From Piromyces finnis finn (Eukaryota > Fungi > Neocallimastigomycota): 64,000 bases of DNA. Below, piece by piece: positions 1-13,770 of the stretch. The position numbers and the translations under genes were made by a program. The stretch covers positions 186,001-250,000 of the forward strand of contig MCFH01000007.1 of NCBI GenBank assembly GCA_002104945.1, in the 5' to 3' direction. The notes under the pieces were generated by a model. That model did not search any database. It had not been told where the DNA came from and saw only the letters and a list, made by a program, of their open reading frames with translations. Position 1 is the stretch's first letter. Each line of letters begins with the position of its first letter.

Positions 1-618
1 AGTCGTCAAAATAGTCAAAGTCAACATCTTGGACAACAAGAACAAAATATTAACGATGATGTTAATAATAACTCAACCTTCCCACCATCATCAATATCAA
101 CTTCTCAAACTCAAGATCAACAACCCCAATCACAATCATCATCCAACAAAGAACAAAGACAAAATAATGGAAGATCACCTCAACATGCCAAGTTGATGAA
201 AACTTCCACAATGTTAAAAAGAGTTTATATTGATATTTTTTGTCGTTTAGCTAGTAATCTTCTTACCAAAATTATTACCTATCCAATTGATACTGTATGT
301 GTAAAACTTTTAACAAATGGTTCAAATATTAAACCTACCTATCGTCATGTCTCAAAACCTTCTTTCCCTCTATCTGATACCTATCCTCTTTTAAACAAGA
401 ATATTCATGGTTTTTGGAGTTGTTGTCAACATATCTATCAAACCAAAGGTATTCTTGGTTTTTATGAAAACTTTCTATATGGAATGGTACCTGAAATTAT
501 TTTCAATACTGTTATTTTGGAAATTACTTATTACGCTTCCAACTATATCTTAAAATACGTGGAATCTAAATATGAAATAATACCCAAATCTAAATATAAA
601 AATAGAAAAAAGAAATAA
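1..618 (+). CDS. Mitochondrial carrier (SLC25)-like protein, 3' part; frame open from base 1, gene begins upstream of the window
   Basis: Frame 1 is open from position 1 (SRQNSQSQ... Q/S/N-rich stretch) into ORF 193-618. It has a carrier-type Px[DE]xx[KR]-like motif (YPIDTVCVK) followed by GILGFYENF. The 3' end is uncertain. Confidence 0.5.
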   Translation, partial: SRQNSQSQHLGQQEQNINDDVNNNSTFPPSSISTSQTQDQQPQSQSSSNKEQRQNNGRSPQHAKLMKTSTMLKRVYIDIFCRLASNLLTKIITYPIDTVCVKLLTNGSNIKPTYRHVSKPSFPLSDTYPLLNKNIHGFWSCCQHIYQTKGILGFYENFLYGMVPEIIFNTVILEITYYASNYILKYVESKYEIIPKSKYKNRKKK

Positions 619-1622
619 GAAAAAAAAAAAAAGAAAGAAAGAAAAAGAGATAAATTAATAATAAAATATTACATAGGAAATATTTATAATAAATAAATTC
701 AATGAATAACAAGATATCACTATTTTATTTACTTAATACCGAACTACATATATAGAATATTAAATACTTTCACCTAATTTTAATAAAATATAAAAAAAAA
801 AAAATTTAAAAAAAAAAAAAATAAATGAATAAAAATATTATTTTATTTTATAAAGAAACAATAATATATATAGAAAAGGAATAATGAAAATTTTAAATAA
901 AAAAAAATAAAAAAAAAAAAATAATAATAACAATAAAAAATAAAATAAAATAAAAAAAAATATTTATCAAATAAGTAAATAATAATATTTTGATATAATT
1001 TTTAATGCTTATCCATTTTGATATTCTTTTTTTTTTTTATAAAAAAAAAAAGAAAAGAAAAAAAAAGAAATGCAAATATTAAATTTTGTAATGTGTATCA
1101 AAAGTAAAAGATTCATAAAAGAATTAAAGAAACCTTTTTTTATAACTTTGTTCCTTGCCCATTATATTACTATATTATTATTATTTATTCAAATTAAAAT
1201 TAAATATTTCAATAATATATTATTAAATTTGATAATAAATTTCATATTTATGATCCCTCTCCTTTACGAAAAAGGAAAAAACACTAAACCTTCAACTCTT
1301 TTTTAAAGAAAAATTTAAAATGTTATTCATTTTTTAAAAATTAGTATTATATTAAATAATACACAAGTTTATTTTTATTGTAATTGACTTTTAAAAATTA
1401 TTGGTATTGAAAAATACCGCTTAAATTATAATAATTGATTTAATCTTTAATGTATTATTCTATAAATTCATGGAAAAATATATTTTCAAAATAAAATTTA
1501 AAATGTAAAATTGATTATATTATTTTGCGCTTTGTAGTATGGAACCGTGTTTCATATATTTAAAGATGTTTTAATTTAAAACATTCTGCTGAAAATCATT
1601 ATTATTTTATAAAATGTCATTC

Positions 1623-2151
<529 letters not shown>

Positions 2152-4757
2152 TTAATTAGTTCTTTTTATTTAAAAATAAAATAAAATTATTCGTTAATTA
2201 AAATGAATACTACTCTTAATTTTTTTTTTTTTTATCTCAATGTATTTTATATATATAATTTATTATTTTTAATTATTCCAAATGATTCGTTTTTTTTTTA
2301 CTTTTATATGCAAATTTTTAAAATTAACTTACTTTAAAATTATTTATTATCCAATAAATAAAAAAAAATTATTAAAGAAAAAAAAATAGACTTCTCCTTT
2401 GTATTTATATATTTTTTTGGTATAATATAAATTAATATAAAGAACTAAATATGAAAAACCTTTAATATAATAATAATAAATAGATTATATTTTAATATAT
2501 TAATCAATACATTTTAAATATATGGAATAATTTATACTATTTTAAAAAAATATTTAAATATTCTAATAATTGATAATAAAAAAAATAATAAATTAATATT
2601 TTTGAATAGCATTACTATATATTAAATTCTATTTATTCTTATATAGGTTTTTTTTTAAAAAAAAATTGTTGTACGAGAAAAATAAAATAAATAGGGAAAA
2701 GAAGTTTTTTAAAAAAGGAAACTTTTGATGATTTATAAATTATCAATAAAAGATTATTTAACTATTCTAGTATAATCCATGAATAAATGAGGTTCATTGC
2801 TATAATATGGTATAGTTAAAGCTGATAATAATAATAATTATTATATTTCTTACTATAAGGCTATTATTAGTAAGAATAGAGTGTAATTAAAGTAAGTTAA
2901 AGAAGGACAATATCCAATCACAGGCATTGGATACCTTTTAATACTTCAATTGAACTTGTGATATACAATTCCTAATTAATAATAATAATAAAAAGTTAAT
3001 TTATAATAAATAATAAGCTAATAGCAATGAATTGTAAAAGTGTATATTGAATTAATTAATAATACTCTAATAATAACTATTAAAATAATAAATAAATCGC
3101 CATAAATTGTTGATAATTAATCAGTTTGATGAGTTAAATTAAAAATATATAATAAATATACTTTATAAATTTAATTTTTTCTTAAAAAGTTTTACATAAT
3201 ATGAAATAAAATATATAGACTGAAAAAAAAAAAAAAAACTATTCTTTACATTTAAAAAAAAAAAAAAGAATAAAAGTAAAATGTAATTGTAAATTTTTAT
3301 TAATTATTCTAATATTAATACTTGCTTTTTTTTTATTTTTATTTTATATTAAAAATAGAATTTAATGAAATTTTAAATTAAAAATTTTAAGTAGAATTGT
3401 AATAAAAAAAAAGTGATAATACTTCTTTATGTTGTAAAAAAAATAAAACTTAAGGGTAGAGTTTATTTTTAATAATAATTGAAGTATTTTTTTTTCTTTT
3501 AGAATTACAGAAATAATACAAATGATAAAATTTCACGTTACGATTAATATATCGATGACATCAATAGATCATATATAATGTTGAATCTTTAGTATCATTT
3601 TATTACACTAGATAAGAAAAACTAGAAAAAAGAAAAAAATGTATTTTAAAAAAAAATAAGCTGATAAAGATAAATTAAATATTTCTTCCTTTTTTTATAC
3701 TAATGTTACTCTTTACATTTCTTTTTTTTTTTATAAAAATTCATTTTATTATTATTATTTTCTTTCTTTAAAAAATAAACGGACAATAAAACTAAAAAAA
3801 AAAATTCTTTTCAACATTTTAAACTATTTTTTTGCCTAACATCTAGCAGAAATATTCAAATTCAAATATTTTATTAATAATAGTTTATGAAAAAAATTTT
3901 TTTCATTGTCCATTCTTTTTTTTTTATTAATTCCAACAAAAAATAAAAAATACTTTTGTAGAGATTAATGTACACAAAATTATAAAATCATGTACAAAAA
4001 AAATATTATTATTATTATCTAAATATTAAAATAAATGAATTATTAAAAAGCAATCCTATTTATATAAAGTTTTTTTTTACTATATTTTATAAAATAACAA
4101 ATTGTGAAATAAAAACTTTGTTCTATTTTTATACTTTTATTTAAGCATATATATATATATGAGATATCTTTTAAAAATGATAATGTAAAATTATATAAAT
4201 ATTAAATTTTGTAAATGTAACCTTTAATTTTTTACTTTTTTTTTTAAAAAAAAATATATTTAATCATTAAATATAAAAAATTATACATTAAAGTAAATAA
4301 ACAAATAAAAATTATTCTTCCTTTTTTATGTATATTCATTTGCAATACTTGAATATTTTAACTATTTGATAATAGAAAAAAACTTTTTAGAGAAACATTG
4401 TAAAACAACTCAAACTTCAAATAAAAAATAATAATAATTTAATAATAATTTAGTTGGAAAAATTTTATATTTTATAAATCCTAATTTAATTTTATTAATT
4501 AAAATCCAATTTATTAATTTTTATTTTCATCTATTTACTTTTTTTATCAAAAATTTTTTATCAAAATACAATTAAAAAATTACAAAATTGAAATTTCAAA
4601 TTTCAGATTTCAAATCATAAATCATATATACTTTAAATATGTTAAACAGGAAATAATATATTAAAAAATCTTCATCTTAAAGGCAAGAATAAAGTATAAA
4701 AAAAAGATTAAATTGAAATAACAAAGAAAAGGTATATTTTTAAAAATAAATACGTCA

Positions 4758-6081
4758 ATGCCAATAAAGTTATCAGATGAATTCACTTACAAAAAAATAA
4801 TAAAATTTACTTTACCTGCTATTCTTATGCAAGTAATTGTTGCAATATATGGAACAATTGATGGATTATTTCTTTCTAATTATACTGATGAAGATCAATT
4901 TGCAGCAGTAAATATTGCATGGCCTGTTATTAGTTTGTTTAATTTTATTGGGATAATGATTGGTAATGGTGGAAGTATCAAAAAAATTAGAAAAAAAGGA
5001 TAAAGAAAAAGCAAGAAGTTATTTTTCATTGTTTATTTATTTTGATATTATAATAGGAATAATACTTTCAATATTGGGTGAAATTATAATTAAGCCAATA
5101 TTTGTTTTAATGGGAGCGAAAGATAATATTTTAAGACATGCTGTTATTAATGGTAGGATTTCATTTATAGGTGTAACAGCAAATATTCTACAGAATACTT
5201 TTCAGTGTTTTACAGTAACTGCTGGAAAACCGAAAATCGGATTTATCATTATGTTATGTGCTGGTATTACAAATGTTGTTTCTGACTATATTTTAATCTA
5301 TAAATTAAATAAAGGAAATGTAGGATCAGCTGTTTCTGGATGTTTTGCTCAATTTGTCGGAGGTTTTTTACCATTAATTTATTTTTCATTCAAAAATAGT
5401 ACTGATTTATATCTTGGAAAAACTAAATTTAAAATAAAACCAATTTTAAAAGCATGCTTTAATGGCATATCCGAATTAATTAGTTATCTCTCAATATCCT
5501 TTGTTAATATATTATATAATTACCGATTATTAAAAATTTCAGGATCTGATGGTGTTAATGCTCATGGTATTATTTCCTTCTTTAGTTTATCATTCATATC
5601 TATCTTCTTGGGATTTGCTAATGGTTCCATACCCATTATCAGTTATCGTTATGGAGCTAAAAATATAAAAGGAATAAAAAGTGTACTGAAAAAAAGTTTA
5701 ATTATCGTTACGATAACATCTGTCATAATATTTCTTTTGACAGAAGGATTTTCTAGTTTATTAACTCGAATATTTATTAATGAAGATAATAATTTATATA
5801 AAATCACTCTTTTAGCGATTAGAATTTACTCTATATCCTTTGCTTTAATGGGATTTAATATTTATGGTTCAGCTTTTTTCACTGGATTAAGTAATAGTAT
5901 TTTATCAGCAATCATTTCTTGTTGTCGCTCATTACTATTTGAAATCATTATGATCTATACATTACCAGAATTATTTGGACTAAATGGTATATGGATGGCC
6001 CCATCTGTTGCTGAAGGAATAACCCTCATCATTACTTTAATTATCTTTTTCTTTAGTAATAAAAAATATAATTACTTTTAA
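4758..6081 (+). pseudogene. MATE-family efflux transporter, bacterial type, intronless, frameshifted near 4974
   Basis: ORFs 4758-5003 and 4960-6081 together align end-to-end with the intact paralog at 10190-11521. The GSALVSK codons read gga a gta tca, an 8-nt deletion. Confidence 0.8.
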
Positions 6082-6992
6082 TTAAAGTAATACTAGTATT
6101 ATATTCATAGCTATATTAATTTACAAAGATTTAAAAAGAAATATGTAAAAAAAAAGCCTAATTCTTAAATAAGTATTTAATTTAAAAGTACTTTTTATTA
6201 TTTTTAAAAAGTTAATACATAATAATTAACTTTTTATTCAAGGAGCTGCTTAGTTAGATGATGGATAGTATTAATTTGTTTGATTTGTGTTTGATGATAA
6301 CAAGAATTAGAATAAAATAGATAATACTATAATGCTAATAACTGATGTATATTTAAATGAGTTATCAAATAGTATCATGAATACTTATAGGTTTTGCTGA
6401 AACATCTTATACATCCTTGGCCAAAATTTTTTCTGGTTATGATAAAAAATTATATACCATTAATAATTATGGGATATAATATTTATGTCTCGTCTCTTTT
6501 TTTTTAAAAGTTTTTATAATAGAATTGTATTAATAATCCCTTTCAATTTTCAAAATGTTAGATTTCTGAAAATGGCATGATTTTCAATATACTAATATCT
6601 CTTTCTGTGATGCTTTTTAAAATTAAATAAAAATAAAGATCAATACTTTTTTTAATTTAAATATTAAAAAAAAAAAAAAAAAAAAAAAAGAAAACACTAA
6701 ATTTTTAATAATCATCTATAATCCTTAAAGTAGCCTTTATAATATTTATAATTGATTTATTTATCTTTATTATTATATTAGTAATTTTTGGTATATATGT
6801 AATATATAAAAATATTAAAGAAAAAATATTTTTATAAATTATTTCAAAATCCCTTTTAGATTTTAATTTATTTATTTATATATTGATATATATTTTTCAT
6901 TATTATTGTTGGTTTGTTTTTAAAAAAAAGAATATTAATACGACGATAGGGTATCATCTATTTTAAACACATTTATTGTTTGTTTGTTTTTT

Positions 6993-7458
6993 TTATGCTA
7001 TTATACAATCATTACTAGGATTTTTATTTCTGTTTCTTCCTTGTGAATTATTTGGATTCTATCGTTTTTAATATATATAATTAGTATATTTATTAATAAT
7101 ACTTAATAAAGAAAATATAAATAAATTTTATTATATATTTTAAGAGATAAATTAATTTACATTGCGTTGATCATCAAGAGATTGTTGTAATGCCCATGCT
7201 AATTGTTCATCTTCAGACATTTGACTCTATTAAAAATAAAAAAAAAAAGGGTATATTATAAGCCTTTTATTTTTACATCTTATTATTTACTAAATTATTG
7301 AACTAGTATTTACCAAAGTATGAATATTACTTCTTGGTGGAGTATATTTTCTTTTATTTAAGTTAGAGGTTGAAGAATTTGGAGTATTATTTTTTGATGG
7401 CTTTTTAACATTAACATTTCTATTTTTATTGTTTAATCATTTAATTAAAGTTTTTTAT

Positions 7459-7512
<54 letters not shown>

Positions 7513-8609
7513 TAATATATTAATATATTTATTTAATAAAATATATTGCTTATCATATTATAATAATATGAAAATAAAAAATACTTTAATGGGCAATTAT
7601 GATCCATATCCTATTAAATAATTAATTATAAAAAAAAAAGAGAGAGAGAGAGAGATTAATAATAAACTACTAAAAATTATGCTAGCATTTTTTCATTTTT
7701 TATATATTTAATATAACTGATATCAGCTTCAACTAAAACTAATAAAAAATAGTAAAAAAAAAAAAAAAACATACTAAACGATGCTTTATACAGAAACTTT
7801 TTTTGCATTTTGGACAAACAAATGGTATTAATTGAGCAGTTTTACAACCTTTATATTGACAAACTTTTTTCGTAGAGGTAGAAGTTGAAGTACCTGGATT
7901 AGGGCATCCATCATTAATATGTTTATTTACCTTATTAAGAGTAAATTATAATAAAAAAAATATTAACATTAATATTGCTGATAATTTAGGTAAATATATA
8001 TATAATTTTATAATATTTACTCTTATGTTTGGATCTTCATCTCTCTTTATGGGTACTATTTTTCCACATACTGGACATATAGTAGTATGAAAATCTTTCT
8101 TTTCAGTTGATTCTTTTTCACAATGATGATTCTCTGGTTTCCAATGTTCATGACTATTTAAATGTATTCCAATTATATTCAATTAAATAAATTAAAATAT
8201 TCGGGAAAATATATATACTACAAAATGGATCATTGTATAAATAAAATGTATATATATATTTACCAAAATACAAATTTACAATATTCACAAGTAAATGGAA
8301 GGAAATCTTCAAATTATATAAATATATAGAATTTCAATGTCAACATATACTTCTTTTTTTTTTTTTAAAAAAAAAAAATATTTTGAAATGTCTTAAAATA
8401 GTATAGTATTTATTCTTCAAGATTTACTTACCAAGTTGTTTACATTCCTTTAAGTGACATTGTTTTCCTGTTTAATGACAACAGTAATAATAATAGCATA
8501 CATTAATACATTGCTGATTGAATACATTTCAATTGATATCAATAAATACTATTAATATATAGTAATTCTATTAAATTAAAAAAAAAATACCTAAATCTGG
8601 AAATTCCAT
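6993..8609 (-). CDS. ZFAND2: AN1-type zinc-finger protein, ZFAND2/AIRAP(L)-like, multi-exon
   Basis: Spliced translation gives MEFPDLG/KQCHLKECKQL/DFLPFTCEYCKFVF/CHEHWKPENHHC...ICPVCGKIVP...VCQYKGC...CPKCKKSFCIKHR (two AN1 fingers), a UIM-like SEDEQLAWALQQSL and a C-terminal CIIA-stop. All junctions read are GT-AG. Confidence 0.9.
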
Positions 8610-9093
8610 TTTTTAGAATTTTATTAATATTAAATATTGAGGTAGAGTATGAGTGATATATTTATAAATATCGATGTTGTTTGTTATTTTATGTTGTACG
8701 ATAAATTATTTATTTACCGAAATAATTATATTTTCAAAGCTACTTCTCGACAAATAAGAAATTAACAAAATGTTAAAGTTTAAAAAAGAAAAAAAGATTG
8801 TTTTTTATATATAAAATTTTTTTTGAACTTTAATAAATAATAAATTAATAATAATTTATTTAATTAATAATAAATGATTTTATTATTATTAATTAAATAT
8901 TTTAGTTGTTGGAAATTAATAATAAAAATAAAGTAGAAAATTAAAGAAAAAAAAAAAGAAGGAAAAAGAAGAAAACCAAAAATTAATATTAATAGTTGCT
9001 GTTCAATAAGTAAAAACAACTTTTATATATTTTATTAATAACAATTTTTTCTAATTAGAATATAAATAGTTAATTACTAAATAGTTTGTATAT

Positions 9094-9132
<39 letters not shown>

Positions 9133-10189
9133 TTAACTTTTAATATATCTAAACAATAAAACTTTAATAAATATTTATAAATTAAATAGAGAAATAATGG
9201 TTTACGATTATTTTTTTATATATATTTAAATATATAAAACTTTCTATAACGAATTTCAATAATAATCTAACTTTACAATAATTAAAATATTTCTTGCATT
9301 ATTAATATTAAAACTAATTAGATTGCTTTTCATTAGCAATTATTATTCTAATCTTTTAATAAATTTACAAAGTGTACAATATCCACTTAAAATATATATA
9401 TGTAACTTTTATATTTAATAATAATAATAAAAGTAAAATTTATTTTTCTTTTGTATATTTCTTTTTTATTCCTACTTGTTATGTATTTAAATTAAACGAA
9501 TAATAAAAGTACAAAATTAATATCAATATCTATAATTTACAATTTGTAAAAATTATCTTATAAATGCAGTATTAATAAAATATTTTCTTTTTTTTATTTG
9601 TTTTCTTTTTCCTTTATAAAATCATGAATAGACGTTTACTAATATCGTAAAATTTACTAAGACATAAAAGGTGGAGTTTTTTTTGTCTTAGTAATAAATT
9701 TAATTTTTATTGAATAAAAAACTTTTTAATTTATAAAATAGATTTAATTTAAATAATATATTGATTATTAATATAATTCAATATACACTAATATATGAAA
9801 TATTTTAAACAATAAAAACTTTAAAAAATATATTTATAATTCTATATATAAATTTTTTTTTTTTTTTAAATATATATTCAAAAAAAAAAAAAAAAAAAAG
9901 AATATTTATAATGACTTTAATCTTTTAGTAAAATAAAAAGTTCAGAACAAGAAAAATAAAAAATATAAAGAAAATTTATTTATATATAATTTAACAATAT
10001 TAAAAATACTACCTTAAAAATATTTTAAAGATCTTACCCAAAAATTTACGAAGAAAAAGAAATAACAATAATCGCATTTCAAAAAGATTCTTAAGCTCAA
10101 CAATAAATCATTTTATTAATAATAAATTCCTATCAATATCAATTAATTATTATTTATATTCATAATAATATTATTATATTATTTTCAAA

Positions 10190-11521
10190 ATGGCTATAAA
10201 ACTATCTGAACACTTTAATTATACAAAATTACTCAGATTTACATTCCCAACTATCGTTATGATGATTTTCACTTCATTATATGGTATTGTGGACGGTATC
10301 TTTATTTCAAATTTTGCAGGTAGTGATCCTTTTGCTGCTGTTAATATTGCTTGGCCAATTGTAATGATATTCAGTACAATAGGGTTTATGGTAGGTACTG
10401 GTGGTAGTGCTTTGGTATCTAAAACCCTAGGTGAAGATAAAAAAGAAAAAGCAAAAAGATATTTCTCAATGCTTATCTATTTTGAAATTATTGCTGGCAT
10501 TATATTCGCTGTTATTGGTATTTTAGTAGTGAAACCAATATCTCAATTAATGGGTGCTAAAGACATAATTTTGGATTACGCCGTAATTTATGGTAGAATT
10601 TTATTTTATGCATTACCTGCCTTCATTCTTCAAAATTCTTTTCAAAGTTTTATGATAACTGCAGAAAGACCAAAATTGGGTCTGATTATTACATTAATAG
10701 CAGGTGTCACTAATATGATTCTTGATTTTGTTTTAATTTATTTATGTAAATTTGGTGTTGAAGGAGCTGCTTACGCTTCCGCTATAGGACAATATGTTGG
10801 TGGCTTAATACCTTTAATTTTCTTTATTCGTAAAAATAGTACACATTTACGTTTAGTAAAAACAAAAATTGAAATAAAGCCTGTTGCTAAAGCATGTTTA
10901 AACGGTTTATCAGAAATGATGATGAATATTTCTTTATCTTTAGTAAATATGCTCTACAATTATCAATTATTAAGAATTACTGGTAAAGATGGTGTTATTT
11001 CATACGGTATTATTATGTACGTTAGTTTTATTTTTGTAGGTACATTCCTTGGCTATTCCAATGGATCAGCTCCTATTGTTAGCTTCCATTTTGGTGCTAA
11101 AAATACTGATGAATTAAAGAATTTATTCAAACGTAGTTTAATTATTATTTTTTTGGGATCATTAATACTTACAGGTATTGCTGAAGTATCTTCTCCTCTA
11201 TTAGCAAGAATTTTTGTTGGTTACGATAAAGAATTGTATAAAATGACACTGAAAGCATTACGTATTTATTCAATTTCATTTATAATTATGGGATATAATA
11301 TATATGCCTCTGCATTTTTCACTGGTCTTAACAATGGTATTGTATCAGCAATTATCTCAGTTTTCAGAACTATAATTTCTGAAATTGCCATGATCTTCAT
11401 TTTACCAATATTCTTTGACTTAGATGGTGTATGGATGGCTGTTTCATTTGCTGAATTAATTTCATTAATTGTTTCTATAATACTTTTAATATTAAATAGA
11501 AAGAAATATCAATACTATTAA
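10190..11521 (+). CDS. MATE-family efflux transporter, bacterial (Firmicutes-like) type, intronless, 443 aa
   Basis: Intact hydrophobic ORF with two internal repeats. The N-terminus MAIKLSEHFNYTKLLRFTFPTIVMMIFTSLYGIVDGIFISNF...FAAVN is typical of clostridial MATE proteins. Confidence 0.93.
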   Translation: MAIKLSEHFNYTKLLRFTFPTIVMMIFTSLYGIVDGIFISNFAGSDPFAAVNIAWPIVMIFSTIGFMVGTGGSALVSKTLGEDKKEKAKRYFSMLIYFEIIAGIIFAVIGILVVKPISQLMGAKDIILDYAVIYGRILFYALPAFILQNSFQSFMITAERPKLGLIITLIAGVTNMILDFVLIYLCKFGVEGAAYASAIGQYVGGLIPLIFFIRKNSTHLRLVKTKIEIKPVAKACLNGLSEMMMNISLSLVNMLYNYQLLRITGKDGVISYGIIMYVSFIFVGTFLGYSNGSAPIVSFHFGAKNTDELKNLFKRSLIIIFLGSLILTGIAEVSSPLLARIFVGYDKELYKMTLKALRIYSISFIIMGYNIYASAFFTGLNNGIVSAIISVFRTIISEIAMIFILPIFFDLDGVWMAVSFAELISLIVSIILLILNRKKYQYY

Positions 11522-13660
11522 TGTTTTTATAACATACTAATAATATACCATAAATAATAGTACAAGTATCATTATTGAAAGTCATTATAATTTATTTATT
11601 TATTTATTAATCAACTACTAGAAATCTATTAGTTTTAGTATATTATTTTCAATACCATTAAATTGTTAATTGTGACAATTAAAATAAAAATATACATAAA
11701 TATGTATATAATATAATGTATGTTAAATAAAAAAAATATAAACTAAAGGAAAATATATATATTAATAAAAAAGAGTTTTTTTTTTTTTTTTCATCTTTAC
11801 TATTAATATTATATTTTTATTTTTAACTATTATTTATTTATTTATTTCAATAATACTAATAACTATTTTAAATATTATAAAATATATTGTATATTAAAAA
11901 ATCTTTACATTTTTGGAATAATGAACTGAAATAAATCTAATATTGACAAACTTTTATATGGAAGAATACAGTTATCTCCATTTAGATTATAATATCATTG
12001 ATATAAATTTATTTATTTCATCATAATAAGATTTTTTTTTCTTTTAGATTTAATATCTAATGAATAAACAGCAAATGCTTAAAATATAAATAAATATTTA
12101 ATCTCATAATTTATATAATACTGACTCTTATTTCTTATTTAGTCATTTATATTTTTTTTCTCTATATGATTTTTTAATTTTTTCGTTTATGTATTATAAA
12201 CAATTTAATATCTATAAATATTATTGAAATATTCAGTGTTATTTAAATATATATGTATAAGTATATATTATTTACCAAAGTACATAATTATTAAATTAAA
12301 TATTAAAATAACAAATAAAATATATTTACTTTCTTAGATATATTTATACTATTTATTTTATTTTCAATATAATATTATTTTTTAATGCTTATTTTTCCCT
12401 AATAAATTCATATTAAAAAATGATATTTGTATTTTTTATTCACGGAATTAAATCCACTATAAATAATGAGTCATGAAAAAAACAGCATTTAAATTTTATA
12501 ATTCAATAGTACGACAAATTTTACATATACATCTATATTAATTGAAATAAATTTAACATTTTTTAAATTTGTTTATTTATACAATGGATAGATTGTTATT
12601 TTGAATTTTTCTAATTTAATGCTGCCCTTTTTCCTCTTTTTTTTTTTAAAAAATAAAAAAGTATTTAATTTACTATATAATTAATAACTAATAAAATCTT
12701 AAATATAAAATATATAAAAATATATAATTCTTAAATTTTAATTAGAAAAAAATAATTAAATAATACTTATATAAAATTATATGTTTATTATAAGTAATTA
12801 TATATGTTAATTGAAAGTGGTTATTAATTTAAATTCAATTGTTTATTAAATAACTTTATTTATTTCTCTCTTTATTATTAATATTTAAAACAGTATATAA
12901 AATCTATAAAATATTTAATTATTATTTAAATATAAGCATCGTTTCATTATTACTACTCTTAAAATAATAATAATAATCAAATATTTAAACTTATTTATTT
13001 ATTTATAACATAAAATTGACAGTTTTTTAAAGTTTTTTTTTTTTTTTTTCATTTAATAATTAGTAAATTAAGGTTACTATAATATTAAAATAAAGTATGT
13101 GTAATTAAAGTAATGACTTTTATTAGTAGTAATATTATTATTAACAATAGGTATTGAAGTAGTATTGCCTTTATAATGATAGTAGAATAACCCAAAATTT
13201 TAATTACATTGTTTTTCCAAAAAAATTTATTTGTTTTTAAAAATAAAAATATTAAAATTAAAATTTTATGTTATTTTTTGTTTTTGTTTTTTCAAAAATA
13301 TATATGTATATTGATACATAAAATTATATAGTCTTATTTTTTTTATTTTTATTTCCCACAATACTAAAGAACAATAATAATTTATTATCCTTTTCTAAAG
13401 TTTATTAAAGCTAATAATTATTACAGAACATTTTAAATTATAAAATGAATGATAATCTTTAAATACATACATATATCAAATAATACCAAGTAAAAAAAAA
13501 TAATTTTCGCCATTGTATATTAGATAATAACACTATATGAAAATATATGAAAATAAAAAAACATAAAAAAAATCGAATTACAATTAAAAATAATTTTCAA
13601 TTTTAATAAATTATAGTAAATAAAAATATATATTTTTATTTAACTTCAACCTTTCATTTT

Positions 13661-13694
<34 letters not shown>

Positions 13695-13770
13695 GTTAAA
13701 AGTAAATAAGAATAATCCAAATAAATCGAAAGAACCAAAATATATATATTATAATTGAAGTATTGTTGAT

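Noticed and set aside
1070-1306. 78-aa ORF
   Set aside because: AT-rich low-information translation with no motif, lying downstream of convergent genes; probably spurious.
2760-3130. Slightly GC-richer patch with possible minus-strand micro-exons
   Set aside because: No consistent reading frame or recognisable protein could be assembled.
6360-6460. Minus-strand FWPRMYK, reminiscent of a Ty3/gypsy integrase zinc-binding region
   Set aside because: Only seven residues, with no flanking His/Cys or other retroelement motifs.
9654-9694. 11-bp perfect inverted repeat (ttactaagaca / tgtcttagtaa) upstream of the intact MATE
   Set aside because: Inverted repeats of this length are expected by chance in such AT-rich DNA; no second copy or TSD was seen.
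12466-12474. ATGAGTCAT, a Gcn4/AP-1 consensus 1.3 kb upstream of the ABCC gene
   Set aside because: A single 9-mer is compatible with chance in 64 kb, and none was seen upstream of the leucine gene.
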